From IMG/VR virus record IMGVR_UViG_3300024331_000005, positions 1 through 41,099 of that record: a stretch of DNA of 41,099 nucleotides; one strand, written 5' to 3'. How positions within the stretch are numbered: position 1 is the stretch's first letter; each line of letters starts with the position of its first letter. The translations under genes and the position numbers were made by a program. Under the pieces are notes generated by a model that was not told the origin of the DNA, ran no database searches, and saw only the letters and a program-made list of their open reading frames with translations. The stretch comes from a virus (Duplodnaviria > Caudoviricetes). Shown one piece after another: positions 1-9,193 of this stretch.

Positions 1-127
1 AGGCGATCACGGAAACGGCCAATTGCGCCGGAAGCGTGAATACCTCAATCGTATTCGGCAACATTTCCATATTCGTGCCGATAACGGCAGCAGACGCGGC
101 GGTTATCGTAGTGCCAAAACTGATCGT
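1..127. repeat. Terminal direct repeat (circular contig overlap), copy 1
   Basis: 1-127 is identical to 40973-41099. An ORF reads through the junction, and 127 nt equals a common assembler k-mer. Confidence 0.95.
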
Positions 128-346
128 CACAGGAGGCCCGCCAGTGCCGGTAGTCGTATCCCGCACCTCGAATCGATAGCTATTCGTGCTTCCCGTAGTA
201 AGCGAATCGCACGTTAGCGCCTGCGCTGATGCAGTGACTGCAATAGACTTTGTAGAAGTCCCTGCAAGCGGCTGAAATGGCTGCGAAACCGCCTGCCCAT
301 AAGCATGTCCGCACAGCAGCAAAAAAAGACACAGAAGTTTTTTCAT
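1..346 (-). CDS. Origin-spanning 130-aa signal-peptide tail-region protein, 5' part (continues 40972->40926)
   Basis: Translated by hand from ATG 346: MKKLLCLFLLLCGHAYG-QAVSQPFQPLAG...FRCTAGAGQ*. Not in the ORF track. Its stop overlaps the next ATG (ATGA) at 40926-40929. Confidence 0.85.
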   Translation of the reverse strand, partial: MKKLLCLFLLLCGHAYGQAVSQPFQPLAGTSTKSIAVTASAQALTCDSLTTGSTNSYRFEVRDTTTGTGGPPVTISFGTTITAASAAVIGTNMEMLPNTIEVFTLPAQLAVSVIA

Positions 347-357
347 CGCATAATTCC

Positions 358-1851
358 CTATTGGTTCTTGCCGCGTGAGTCAATCCAGCCTAGAGTGGTA
401 ATGATAAATGCATCGCTTGCCCCGCTTGCATCCTGGCGCGTGCGGAATTGCGCGGATGTATTGGTTAATACGCTTTTTTGTATCGTCGTAGAAACCTGCG
501 CGGCGCTATTGGTCCGCAAATCGAATAGGGTTGAGGTCGGCGTGGTATCGGTTTGGGAGAGCGCCGTATACAGATGATTCTGAGCCGATGATGTAGCGTT
601 TTGCTCATTGAATACGCATCTGGCAAATACTGTGATTCCAGTCGGAACAGTCACCGTGCGAGTGACCGCCGAAGTACCCGGATTGCTGACGTTCACGTCA
701 TTTACAGGAACGTCCCAAGTAAACTCATCGCCATTTTGCGCGAATAGAATCCAGTGCGCCGAAGCATCCGTTTTGCCTGATCCGATGCGCCGGTAGATGG
801 TGTAATTCGCTGGCAATGCAGGAGCCGATGCCGACAGGCTGAAAATAACGTCCGTGACATTCGTATCGGGGCGATTGATTTCGTAGAAATGATACCAGGT
901 CGAATTGGCGATTGCGCCCGTATCCAGACCGCCCTGCGCGCTTCCGACTGCCCAGGATGAGGTTGTTTTGGCAATGGATGCCGCCAAGGTCATATAGGCG
1001 GCATTGGTGCTATCCGTGGCAGTTCCTGCGGCAATCGTCATCGTTCCAGAACTACCCGCCGTAGACATGGTAAGACCGGCGATGTAATTGCGCAAAACAA
1101 CGTTCGGCGCGCTGTTATTGATAACCGGCCTGCCGCTCGTATCGTAGCTGACAGTAATGCTCGTGCCCGCCTGAATAAAGCGCGGAATCGAGATATTGGT
1201 AGCCGACAGCAACCCATAAGAAACGGCAGACAGCGGATTTTGCAGCGTCAGTCCGCCATCGTTGATCGTCGTAACTGTGGTAAGCGTGGTGCCGTTATAG
1301 GCGGCAGTGTTTACCGTGGCGTATTTGGTGCCGATGCCGTCAACGATTTGCAGGCGCAGGCCAGCGGTAAACGTTGAAGTCTGATCGCCTGCCAGGGTAA
1401 AACTGGTGCCGCTAACGAATGTAGGTGATGGCCCGGCTACCCATTGCGACTGTGTAACCGTTGTATCATTGATACCCTTGATATTATCGATAGTCCAAAT
1501 CGGACTAGTCGGCGGGTCGGTATCGGTCGGGCTGGCGAGTACGGCCTTATAGGTCAGACCGGCTTGGAAGAAAATGCCGCTTGCCGGTTCGCCTAGAGAG
1601 TTTAAGACGATGGGGTTGGCATTGGCGACTAGACCGGTAGAATCGGTATATGTATTCTGTTTAGTGCTAGTCGATCCGCCAACGTACCAAAATAGTTGAT
1701 AGCCGGTTGCTGGTGCGCCGGTCAGGTCAACGTATTGGGGCTTGGGACCGCCTAGGGAGGATGGGTTTACGGCGGCAATGCCAATCCCCTGCACGAACAG
1801 CAGGGCAAAAAGCAATAAACCGGAGTAAAATTTGCGCATGGATTTATTCAT
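358..1851 (-). CDS. Tailspike/tail fibre with head-binding-like domain and N-terminal signal peptide (start 1851 or 1839)
   Basis: MRKFYSGLLLFALLFVQGIGIA leader, then PKPQYVDLTGAP..LFWYVGG..TYTDSTG..NANPIVLN..YKAVL..WTIDNI, typical of podophage tailspike virion-attachment domains. The rest is S/T-rich and beta-like. Follows the ejection genes. Confidence 0.8.
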   Translation of the reverse strand: MNKSMRKFYSGLLLFALLFVQGIGIAAVNPSSLGGPKPQYVDLTGAPATGYQLFWYVGGSTSTKQNTYTDSTGLVANANPIVLNSLGEPASGIFFQAGLTYKAVLASPTDTDPPTSPIWTIDNIKGINDTTVTQSQWVAGPSPTFVSGTSFTLAGDQTSTFTAGLRLQIVDGIGTKYATVNTAAYNGTTLTTVTTINDGGLTLQNPLSAVSYGLLSATNISIPRFIQAGTSITVSYDTSGRPVINNSAPNVVLRNYIAGLTMSTAGSSGTMTIAAGTATDSTNAAYMTLAASIAKTTSSWAVGSAQGGLDTGAIANSTWYHFYEINRPDTNVTDVIFSLSASAPALPANYTIYRRIGSGKTDASAHWILFAQNGDEFTWDVPVNDVNVSNPGTSAVTRTVTVPTGITVFARCVFNEQNATSSAQNHLYTALSQTDTTPTSTLFDLRTNSAAQVSTTIQKSVLTNTSAQFRTRQDASGASDAFIITTLGWIDSRGKNQ

Positions 1852-1948
1852 AGCGATGGCCTTGCGCCCGTTTGCTGCTTGGGCTTGCAAGAAACTATTC
1901 TCCTTGTTGCCTGAAAATATCCGCATATCATTGACGAAGGAGCGGTAA
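1838..1948 (+). CDS. Possible 36-aa antisense amphipathic peptide (MDLFIAMALRPFAAWACKKLFSLLPENIRISLTKER)
   Basis: Hand-read ORF filling the gap between the ejection and tailspike genes. TAAAAT at 1826-1831 ends 6 nt before the ATG. Confidence 0.4.
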   Translation: MDLFIAMALRPFAAWACKKLFSLLPENIRISLTKER

Positions 1949-3595
1949 TGCTGCCGCTCCGCCTATGGCTGCATAAGGGGCGGATTGCCGTAGCAATTCC
2001 GATATGGGTTGCGCGATTGCCGGTCTTTGGGATAGCAGCGCAGATAGTGCTGCGGTTCCCGGTCTGGTATAAGCACCAGCGCCCAAGGCGATAGCGGCAG
2101 GCACAGCAGGGTGAGCGAATGCACCAGCGCCGCCAGCTACCACAGCGCCAAGCATGCCGCGCCCAGCCGTACCAGAGTCCGGAATCTTGCTAGGCAAAAC
2201 GCGCTTTCCGGCATCCGACAAGTCCTGCATCAGAGCTTCGCCAATCGCAGTATTTCCCTTGCCAACACTCGTATCCGCCGCTTTGACTGCCGCAGCGAGT
2301 TGCGCTGGAGTGAATAGCCCCATGTCCGTGCCGGTACTTGATGCAGCGCGACGCAGCCGGGTAAAGTTTGCGTAGCCCTCATTAATCGCCTGCAACGTCT
2401 TTGCCTCTGCCGGATTGCTGCGCATCAGGTTATCGCGCACGCTAGCTTGCAATTGGGCAATCGCACTGCCGAGTTGGCGTTTATCAAATGAAGGATCGCT
2501 TGCGTATCCCTTCGCCAGTCTGCCTAGATCGGACTCGACTATCTTTACAACGTCGCCCGACATATTGCCCTGTGGCGTCATGCGGCGAATCACAGTATTT
2601 TTCAGAATATCTTCAAACTGTTTTGCCTCTGCCGCGCCCAAACTTGTACCGGTGCCAGCGCCCGCAAGATTGCGGAGATTAGCAACATCCTGTCCGAATT
2701 GCTGATCGGCCTTGAAACTCAATTTCGGTAGCAAAGCATCATAGGCAGCGCCAAGTTTCTGCTTTACAATCGACATACCCTCACGGCCAACAGGGAAGTC
2801 TTTTCCCGCATTTTCGCCAATCGGGGCCAGCGCGCGATTGTAGGCGGCTCGGTTGAAATCTTCGATGCTGCGGCCTTGCGCGTTTTTGATGAAGTCGCCA
2901 AGCAGCGGGACGCTTGTGAGTTTGTCCTCAGTTGCTTTAGCTGCGCCGCCCAGTACCTGTCCAGGCGTCAGGCTTACGCCCTGATCCAGCAGGGATTTAA
3001 CCTCGGGTGCGGTATTCGGGCTAATGACGCGAGCAGCGCCGCGCGCCAACAGGTTGCCAGCCAACGCGCCACCTGCGCCCATCGCGGTATTGGCTAGGCG
3101 GCTTTCGCCAGTTCCAACAGGCTGCAAAGCGCCCAATGTGCCGCCCACGGCCATTTGCGATTTTAGGCCGCCCATCGGCACCCCAGCGGTTTCCAGCAGG
3201 TTAAATCCAATATCGCCGCCCGTGCCGCCCCATGTATGCATTAGGGGCTTGTCCGTCTGGTTCGCGGCATCAATCCGCGCCTTTACATCGGCTAGTTGCT
3301 GATCCGTCACCAAAGGATTGCCGCCAACAGTTACGCGATGGCCGAGACTCTTTGTAATATCTTCCAGCCCCAGCGCCGCGCGATCAAAACCGCGCCCAAA
3401 ACCAGCGGATAGATTATCAAGGAAAGACCCGGTAGGCGTTACCGCTTCACGCTCTTTCCGTGCAACATAATCCCGCACGCCCTGTCGATCATTTGGCGCA
3501 GATGGCGAATCCGAAATTACATATCCGCCTTTCGGCGCTTCGACAGCAACCGGCGCGGCAGGCGTAATCGGATCGTCTGTAATAGTGAAAGCCAT
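1928..3595 (-). CDS. DNA ejection/internal virion protein (third of three)
   Basis: G/A-rich helical protein with PDSGTAGR and a hydrophobic C-terminus. Third large gene of the ejection block; ATG 3595 overlaps the upstream stop. Confidence 0.7.
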   Translation of the reverse strand: MAFTITDDPITPAAPVAVEAPKGGYVISDSPSAPNDRQGVRDYVARKEREAVTPTGSFLDNLSAGFGRGFDRAALGLEDITKSLGHRVTVGGNPLVTDQQLADVKARIDAANQTDKPLMHTWGGTGGDIGFNLLETAGVPMGGLKSQMAVGGTLGALQPVGTGESRLANTAMGAGGALAGNLLARGAARVISPNTAPEVKSLLDQGVSLTPGQVLGGAAKATEDKLTSVPLLGDFIKNAQGRSIEDFNRAAYNRALAPIGENAGKDFPVGREGMSIVKQKLGAAYDALLPKLSFKADQQFGQDVANLRNLAGAGTGTSLGAAEAKQFEDILKNTVIRRMTPQGNMSGDVVKIVESDLGRLAKGYASDPSFDKRQLGSAIAQLQASVRDNLMRSNPAEAKTLQAINEGYANFTRLRRAASSTGTDMGLFTPAQLAAAVKAADTSVGKGNTAIGEALMQDLSDAGKRVLPSKIPDSGTAGRGMLGAVVAGGAGAFAHPAVPAAIALGAGAYTRPGTAALSALLSQRPAIAQPISELLRQSAPYAAIGGAAALPLLRQ

Positions 3596-5502
3596 TAGTT
3601 TTTCACCCGCACCCATTTCGTGCCGTCAGATTGATAGCTGATGCCGCCATCGCCATGCGCGAATTTCCACTTGTACTGCGCGGGGTCAGGCAGTGAATCG
3701 ACTACCTGCGCGGACTTCCCACCGCCCCGCAGCCGGTCAAGAGTGGCTTGCGCTTTCGGGTAGACCATTTGCAGCGGGTCTTCGGTAGTACCCATGCCAG
3801 TTTGATATTGCTGCTTTACCGCACCAATCCGCGAATCCAGCAAGTCAACAGCGCCGCGAACGGCTGCTTTCAGGGCAGCAGGGGAATCGGCAGAATTGAG
3901 CGTTTCAGCCCATTTCGCTGTGTCAGTGCTTGATGCGCCGGTCCCGCGAAATACCGCCATCAATTCATTGGCGACCGCCTCTTTTGCCTGCTGGAACGTC
4001 CGAATCTTCCCGGCAGTCTCAGTGCCACCAACCTCGGGGACGATGGCGTTATAGAGCTTGTTGAACAGGGGATAATCGCTGTTATTCAGGGCTTCCGCCG
4101 CCTTGTCGAATGAATCCAAGTGGCCGATGGCGGTATTGATTTTCGTCAGGTTTTGGCCGATCTGACCCGCAGCAAGGCTAGACCGCGTTTTATTGCGCGC
4201 CTGATAGTTCACCGCATCAAATGTCGGATCGTAAGCACCCACCAGCGACAGAATTTGCTGCGTCACAGGAGAGCGGAAAGCCGCGCCGGTCGGAAACGCC
4301 ATGCGACCCTCTGCCAGCGCTTTGACTTGGGCGGCAATATTCGGAGGTAGCTGCTTAAGCAAGTCTTCGCCGTGCTGCGTGAGGTCAATGTGGCCGGTAG
4401 GCGCAGCAGGGGCCGCTACAGGAGCCGCCACAGGGGCCGCAGGCGCTTGTCCAGGCGCAGGCATACCGCCAGCTACAGGAGCGCCACCAGAGCCGCCTTG
4501 GCGCTGCATATCGGCGGTAATGCTGGCAATGGCATCCTGATAGGCGGCGCGTTCGGCTGGCGTGCGAGCGTTCGCTAGTCCGCGTTGTGCTGCGGCGAGG
4601 TCTGCCGCATTTCCCGGGGTTTCCTGAGTCGGCGCGAGTGGCGCACTCACAGCAGTACGCATGGCCGGGAGTTCCGGCGCATTCATGTTGCCTCGGAATC
4701 CGCCGCCAGCGGGCGGCATACCACCGGGAGTAGGCATTCCAGCGCCCGGAATAACTGACGGCGGCATGTCAGGCACCGGAACCGTCGCTTGCGGATTCAG
4801 ATTCAGCCCGAGTGGGTTTTCCTTGATTTGGTTGCCCTGCGCTGTTACCTGATGCCCGTACATACTGGCATTGTAGGTCATGTTTTGGCCGCGCTCGCGC
4901 AAAGCAAGGTCGGCTTGTTTTTGCAATTGCTCCGCGAATCCAGACATGCCTTTTTCAGCCTTGATTTTGAAATCGCGGAATGCAATCGGGTCTTTCGGAA
5001 TGTGCTGCAATTGATCCTCAAGAGAGCCGCGCTGTTGCAGAATCGGGCCAAGGTCCGGGTCTTTGTATTGCGCGCTGTAGAGCGCCGCCAAATCTTCAGG
5101 CGTATTGGCGGCATCGAGCAGCGATTTATAAGCCGTTATTTTGTGCGTCAGAACTTCGGAATTGGCCTTTTTAATGTCGGCGCGCGCTTTATCTGCATCC
5201 AAAAACGACTTGGACGCGGCCTGATACGCCGTAACAGCACCGCGCCCGGCCAGATTTTTGAGCAACGCGCCTTGATCTACCGTTCCCGTAGTTGGATCAA
5301 CGGATGCCTTGTAAGCCTCACGCGCCGCAGCCGAATCCTCTAGCCCTTGCTGTGCCTGCTGAGTCTGTAAGCCCTGCAATTGCTGCTGGCCCATCAACGT
5401 CTTGAGTTGCAAGCCCTTCGCATACATCGAAATAGGGTCTTCGATATTGATGGGCGCGGGCGGACGCAATCCGCTGCTTATGATCGACGCATCGATAGCC
5501 AT
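3595..5502 (-). CDS. DNA ejection protein (second of three)
   Basis: Q-rich N-terminus, P/A/G-rich linker and helical C-terminus; position matches the P22 gp20 slot. Confidence 0.7.
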   Translation of the reverse strand: MAIDASIISSGLRPPAPINIEDPISMYAKGLQLKTLMGQQQLQGLQTQQAQQGLEDSAAAREAYKASVDPTTGTVDQGALLKNLAGRGAVTAYQAASKSFLDADKARADIKKANSEVLTHKITAYKSLLDAANTPEDLAALYSAQYKDPDLGPILQQRGSLEDQLQHIPKDPIAFRDFKIKAEKGMSGFAEQLQKQADLALRERGQNMTYNASMYGHQVTAQGNQIKENPLGLNLNPQATVPVPDMPPSVIPGAGMPTPGGMPPAGGGFRGNMNAPELPAMRTAVSAPLAPTQETPGNAADLAAAQRGLANARTPAERAAYQDAIASITADMQRQGGSGGAPVAGGMPAPGQAPAAPVAAPVAAPAAPTGHIDLTQHGEDLLKQLPPNIAAQVKALAEGRMAFPTGAAFRSPVTQQILSLVGAYDPTFDAVNYQARNKTRSSLAAGQIGQNLTKINTAIGHLDSFDKAAEALNNSDYPLFNKLYNAIVPEVGGTETAGKIRTFQQAKEAVANELMAVFRGTGASSTDTAKWAETLNSADSPAALKAAVRGAVDLLDSRIGAVKQQYQTGMGTTEDPLQMVYPKAQATLDRLRGGGKSAQVVDSLPDPAQYKWKFAHGDGGISYQSDGTKWVRVKN

Positions 5503-6449
5503 TATCCGGTCACTCCCGCAAGTTGACTATTGATGTAATCCATGCCCGCACCATACCCTACATTCTGACTCATGTTGTTTTGATTGTTGTTGCCAACCAA
5601 AGAAGAGAGTAGTTGCCCGTTTTGATACTGGTTATAGGCGTTGCCGATGCTTGAGCCTAGCCCGCTAAACGCATTTGCGCTTCCTACGATGCCAGCAGCT
5701 TGCGCGTTACCTGCGCCCGTAATCAGCCCGCTTGCCGAATTGGCAAAGTTTGTCCCGGCTGCATTCGTACCGGCAGCCGCATTCAATCCCATGCCTGATT
5801 GTCCGCTCAAAAAGCCGTATTGCTGCGCGCGCTGATTCTGAATATCGGATGAGCCTGCCTGCGCTTTCGTGGTGCCGTAGTCATTGGCAAAACGCGTCAA
5901 GGCTTTCAGGGTCGCGCCAGAGTCATAACCGCCTTGTGCCAGAGCGCGATTATTGATTGCCGCCGTTCCCTGATTCAGTCCAAAATCAAGTCCGCTCGCA
6001 TAGATCGGATTAGCCTGAACATCGGCCATCGTAATCGGCTTGGTGAGCGAGCCATAGGCCGGATCAGAAGCATTTTTTTGTTGCCGCTGCTCCATGTAAT
6101 ACTTGACGGCAGCAGCATCGGCAGCATCGCTTTGTCCAGGTCCGGTAACACCGAATTGCTGATAGATCGGTTGGACTACGCTTTGATACTCCGGTCCCAT
6201 GCCCTCTGCGGTAGAGACTGGCGTGTTGTTGGACAGGCCAAGCAGAGTTTGCAAGCGAGCGTTAGCCGCCATGCCGGAATTCAGATATGGTGCTAGGTTG
6301 GATTGCTGCTGGCTATAAACCTGACGTTGCAGTCCTAATGCATTGTTGCTGGCGTTCGTTTGTGCTTGCGCGGCATCACCAGCGGCGCTAGAACTCATCG
6401 CGCCACTGATAACGGACCCTGCTACTCCTGCTACGGCTCCCCAAGGCAT
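5502..6449 (-). CDS. DNA ejection/transfer protein, P22 gp7-like
   Basis: G/A/S-rich N-terminus, LAPYLNSG..A..RL..LLG motif, GGYDSGATLKAL..F..DY motif, GAGNAQAAG C-terminal part. Confidence 0.8.
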   Translation of the reverse strand: MPWGAVAGVAGSVISGAMSSSAAGDAAQAQTNASNNALGLQRQVYSQQQSNLAPYLNSGMAANARLQTLLGLSNNTPVSTAEGMGPEYQSVVQPIYQQFGVTGPGQSDAADAAAVKYYMEQRQQKNASDPAYGSLTKPITMADVQANPIYASGLDFGLNQGTAAINNRALAQGGYDSGATLKALTRFANDYGTTKAQAGSSDIQNQRAQQYGFLSGQSGMGLNAAAGTNAAGTNFANSASGLITGAGNAQAAGIVGSANAFSGLGSSIGNAYNQYQNGQLLSSLVGNNNQNNMSQNVGYGAGMDYINSQLAGVTG

Positions 6450-6451
6450 CG

Positions 6452-6739
6452 CTATTGCTCCTTCTCTACTTCGTCAGCATTGAACACACAGAACAGTCGC
6501 GTGTTGTCTTCAAGCGCGATAAACCAATGATCTACGCCGCTATCAATCAGTTTCGCCTCACCTGCCTTGATGGTTCCCTTGAGTTCGCCATCTACAAAAT
6601 ATTCAGCCGATCCGCTACCGCACAGAGTAGGGTGTGAAACGTCATGGCGATGACGCGGCACGCCTTCGCCTTTCATCAGCACCGGAGAGCCGCGAAAATA
6701 AAACTTGCCGCAGAATTCGACGGTTTCTACGTTAGCCAT
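6452..6739 (-). CDS. Cupin-domain protein
   Basis: G..VPRHRHD.SH..LC.SGS and I.SG.DH.F.ALED metal-binding cupin motifs. Confidence 0.75.
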   Translation of the reverse strand: MANVETVEFCGKFYFRGSPVLMKGEGVPRHRHDVSHPTLCGSGSAEYFVDGELKGTIKAGEAKLIDSGVDHWFIALEDNTRLFCVFNADEVEKEQ

Positions 6740-7278
6740 GTCATCTCCGTTTTGATGCAAACAATCATCGCTATCCTGTTGCGTTTGCTATCGTTGTTTA
6801 CCCAATGCGGAATGTCGTTGCGGAATTCGTAGACTTCGCCCAAGTGCGGATGAATCGCCGCACCCTCCCATTCAAACGACGCGCCTGCGTCGTTTTGCAC
6901 CGGGACATAAAACTTGGAGTAATAGCCAGCATGCCATCCGCCATCCACATGCGGCTCGATGCGCCCGCCCGCAGGCACTTTCGTAATCAGCACGCCGCCC
7001 AATCGCTCGCCGTCAACCAGCGCCATCAGCCCAAACAGAATCGGCTTGAGTTCCGGCAGTTCGCGATAGGCCGGATACCACACGGAATCGTGTTCATCAT
7101 TGAAATTCGGCCCTAGGTTTTTGTAATCGTTATAGCGCACCCAAATATCCGACATGGCTGCATGTGCATACGTTTCCTGCCGCATCTTGCGCTCGCCGAA
7201 TAAATGCGTCTTTGCATTCAATGCAATTTGCAGATGCGAAACATCCAAGTCATCATAGATGCGGGCGAATGGCTTCAT
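6727..7278 (-). CDS. 2OG-Fe(II) oxygenase, aspartyl/asparaginyl beta-hydroxylase-like
   Basis: GGRIEPHVD (HxD) ... GEVYEFRNDIPHWVNN.S..NRIAMIV (distal His and Arg). Start MKPF at 7278 overlaps the upstream stop. Confidence 0.85.
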   Translation of the reverse strand: MKPFARIYDDLDVSHLQIALNAKTHLFGERKMRQETYAHAAMSDIWVRYNDYKNLGPNFNDEHDSVWYPAYRELPELKPILFGLMALVDGERLGGVLITKVPAGGRIEPHVDGGWHAGYYSKFYVPVQNDAGASFEWEGAAIHPHLGEVYEFRNDIPHWVNNDSKRNRIAMIVCIKTEMTWLT

Positions 7279-7535
7279 GCGACAGTCCCATCCGCAAGAA
7301 TCCACGTTACGCCATCTTTGGCTATCCAAATCGGTTTACCATGCGCGCCAAGCGACGTATCAAAATAAGTGCGCCCGATGAACAGGAATGTGGTGGGCCG
7401 CTGCGCCGTGGTGCCGCTAGAGGTCAAGCCAGAAAGCAGATTAAACACGGCAGAGAAAAACGATGCCCAGCCGGGATTCTGCATTTCCGCGCCTTGATCG
7501 ACTGCGCCGGATGGGGGCTTGTTTATCAGTGCCAT
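7275..7535 (-). CDS. Small tail-region protein
   Basis: Directly after the gp10-like gene; SGTTAQRPT..GRTYFDT.LG..KPIW....W..ADG motif seen in small tail proteins. Confidence 0.65.
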   Translation of the reverse strand: MALINKPPSGAVDQGAEMQNPGWASFFSAVFNLLSGLTSSGTTAQRPTTFLFIGRTYFDTSLGAHGKPIWIAKDGVTWILADGTVA

Positions 7536-7536
7536 C

Positions 7537-9189
7537 TCAATCGCTCGGATTCACAGACGCGCTAACCAGGCAGAACTTAACCGGGTCAGTCATCGTTATG
7601 CGTGGCGTGAAATTGCGCATCGTGCCCAGCATGTCCCACTCGACTACCTCTGAATAATTCCCGAGTTTCCCGAGCGGTTGCAGCATCTGCGCGCCGTAGG
7701 TCTTTCCGTTGTCGCGCGAAATCTCTAGTCCTACCTGCGGATTCGATCCAGGGTCAACGGTATTGCCGTCGCCAACCTGAATATCCAGCCGGAAACGATT
7801 CACGGTAAATCGGCCGCCATCCGGATCGCGCAACGTCTCGCCGGTCATCTGCACGGTAATAGGCTGGCCGTTGTCGGTTACGCTCGCCGGATTCAGCTTA
7901 TATAAATTCCCTTGCGCGTAATCGCAGATAATCATTTCTCCAAGGAACGGGAACGAAAACTCTCCAAAGTCACGCGTCAATCCCATGCTGTCCCAAGGCG
8001 ACCAAATCTTAGTGGAGCCGTCATAGCACCACGTAGCGCCAGCACTCGGGAAATTACAGATCAACAGCGGATGACCGCCAAGCATCATGCTGTAGAAACT
8101 GGCATCGGCGACGTTTGCGTAGCCATTGATGATCTTGTCCAAGTCCGGATTGGACAATGGCTGCGGCATATAGCCGACAATCTGCGCAATCATTACCTGA
8201 TTGGTGCGGTTGCGCATCAGGCAGGCCACGGTGTTTCCGTAGCGCGCGACGCCAAACGTAGCTGCAAGCCCCCACTCTGACGTAGTGCCCTGCACTTCGC
8301 TAAACAGGAAATCTTGTCCGCCGCTCGCGCCCCAAAACTCCGAGTGTGCCGCACACAGCAGGAACAATTGCCCGTTGGACGTCCAAATCGCCACCATCGG
8401 GTCCGGATGATCCTCTGCCGTGGCGAAATTCAGCGCATAACCGTTCAAGCCGTCGCTAATACCAGAGACAAAAAACGCGCGGGAATTGAGCGATTGCACC
8501 TCAAAGCATTGCAGCAGAAAAGTCACCGTCTGCGGATTCGCAGGAAAGCTAGGCGACGTAATCTGCGCGAATTGCGTAATCGTGTAGGTGCCTTTGGTGC
8601 CCGCTGCGCCGCCCGGATCAACATCCATTGGAAATGTGAACGTCGAAGCGCCCGTTACCGTGATGGTGTAATTGCCGATGTACGCAGCAGGCACTTGACC
8701 CGCGAGGCTGACGATATTGCCAGTCACCAACAGATGCGGCGATGCAGTCGTAAGCGTGGCAATGCCTGCGCTATAGGTAATCGTGCTGATTGCCTGCGGA
8801 GTCGCGCCACCAGGGATTGCGACAGTTGAATAGATGTAGCCATAAGTGCCGTCTACGATCATCAATTGCTGCCCGTTATCGGACATGCTTACGCGGCCCG
8901 ATGTGGTATTCAGCATGCCGAGATTTGTTTTGTTACCGGCGTTATCTACTGACCATAGGACAGATCGATGGACAACGTAGGCGAGCGTGCCTGTCTGAAT
9001 CCACCAGGCCCCGCGAATCGGTGTCGCGCCGAATTGGACGAACAGATCGCGGCCCGGTCTGCCGAAAGCGACTATCTTGGACTTCTCACCATCGGGCCGA
9101 ATTTCCCCGTAAACATTCCGCGCGAGTTTGGCCGTAACGAATGACGATTCGCTTTTCAGGCCAATACCTAGCATGGAGATACGGGGCAT
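7537..9189 (-). CDS. Packaged-DNA stabilisation/tail hub protein, P22 gp10-like
   Basis: VSMSDNGQQLMIVDG, AEDHPD, S.DNGKTYG, G.LGNY...VEW..LG motifs; contains an extra beta insertion (TITYSAGIATLTT..H.L.TG..V). Confidence 0.85.
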   Translation of the reverse strand: MPRISMLGIGLKSESSFVTAKLARNVYGEIRPDGEKSKIVAFGRPGRDLFVQFGATPIRGAWWIQTGTLAYVVHRSVLWSVDNAGNKTNLGMLNTTSGRVSMSDNGQQLMIVDGTYGYIYSTVAIPGGATPQAISTITYSAGIATLTTASPHLLVTGNIVSLAGQVPAAYIGNYTITVTGASTFTFPMDVDPGGAAGTKGTYTITQFAQITSPSFPANPQTVTFLLQCFEVQSLNSRAFFVSGISDGLNGYALNFATAEDHPDPMVAIWTSNGQLFLLCAAHSEFWGASGGQDFLFSEVQGTTSEWGLAATFGVARYGNTVACLMRNRTNQVMIAQIVGYMPQPLSNPDLDKIINGYANVADASFYSMMLGGHPLLICNFPSAGATWCYDGSTKIWSPWDSMGLTRDFGEFSFPFLGEMIICDYAQGNLYKLNPASVTDNGQPITVQMTGETLRDPDGGRFTVNRFRLDIQVGDGNTVDPGSNPQVGLEISRDNGKTYGAQMLQPLGKLGNYSEVVEWDMLGTMRNFTPRITMTDPVKFCLVSASVNPSD

Positions 9190-9193
9190 TTAT

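Noticed and set aside
1-127. 127-bp terminal repeat as a biological DTR
   Set aside because: It falls inside a gene and equals a standard assembly k-mer, so it is most likely circular overlap.
358-1000. Diversity-generating retroelement target in the tailspike C-terminus
   Set aside because: No reverse transcriptase and no second template copy noticed.
4400-4780. P/A/G-rich repeats in the ejection protein as collagen or a repeat element
   Set aside because: No Gly-X-Y periodicity; an ordinary low-complexity linker.
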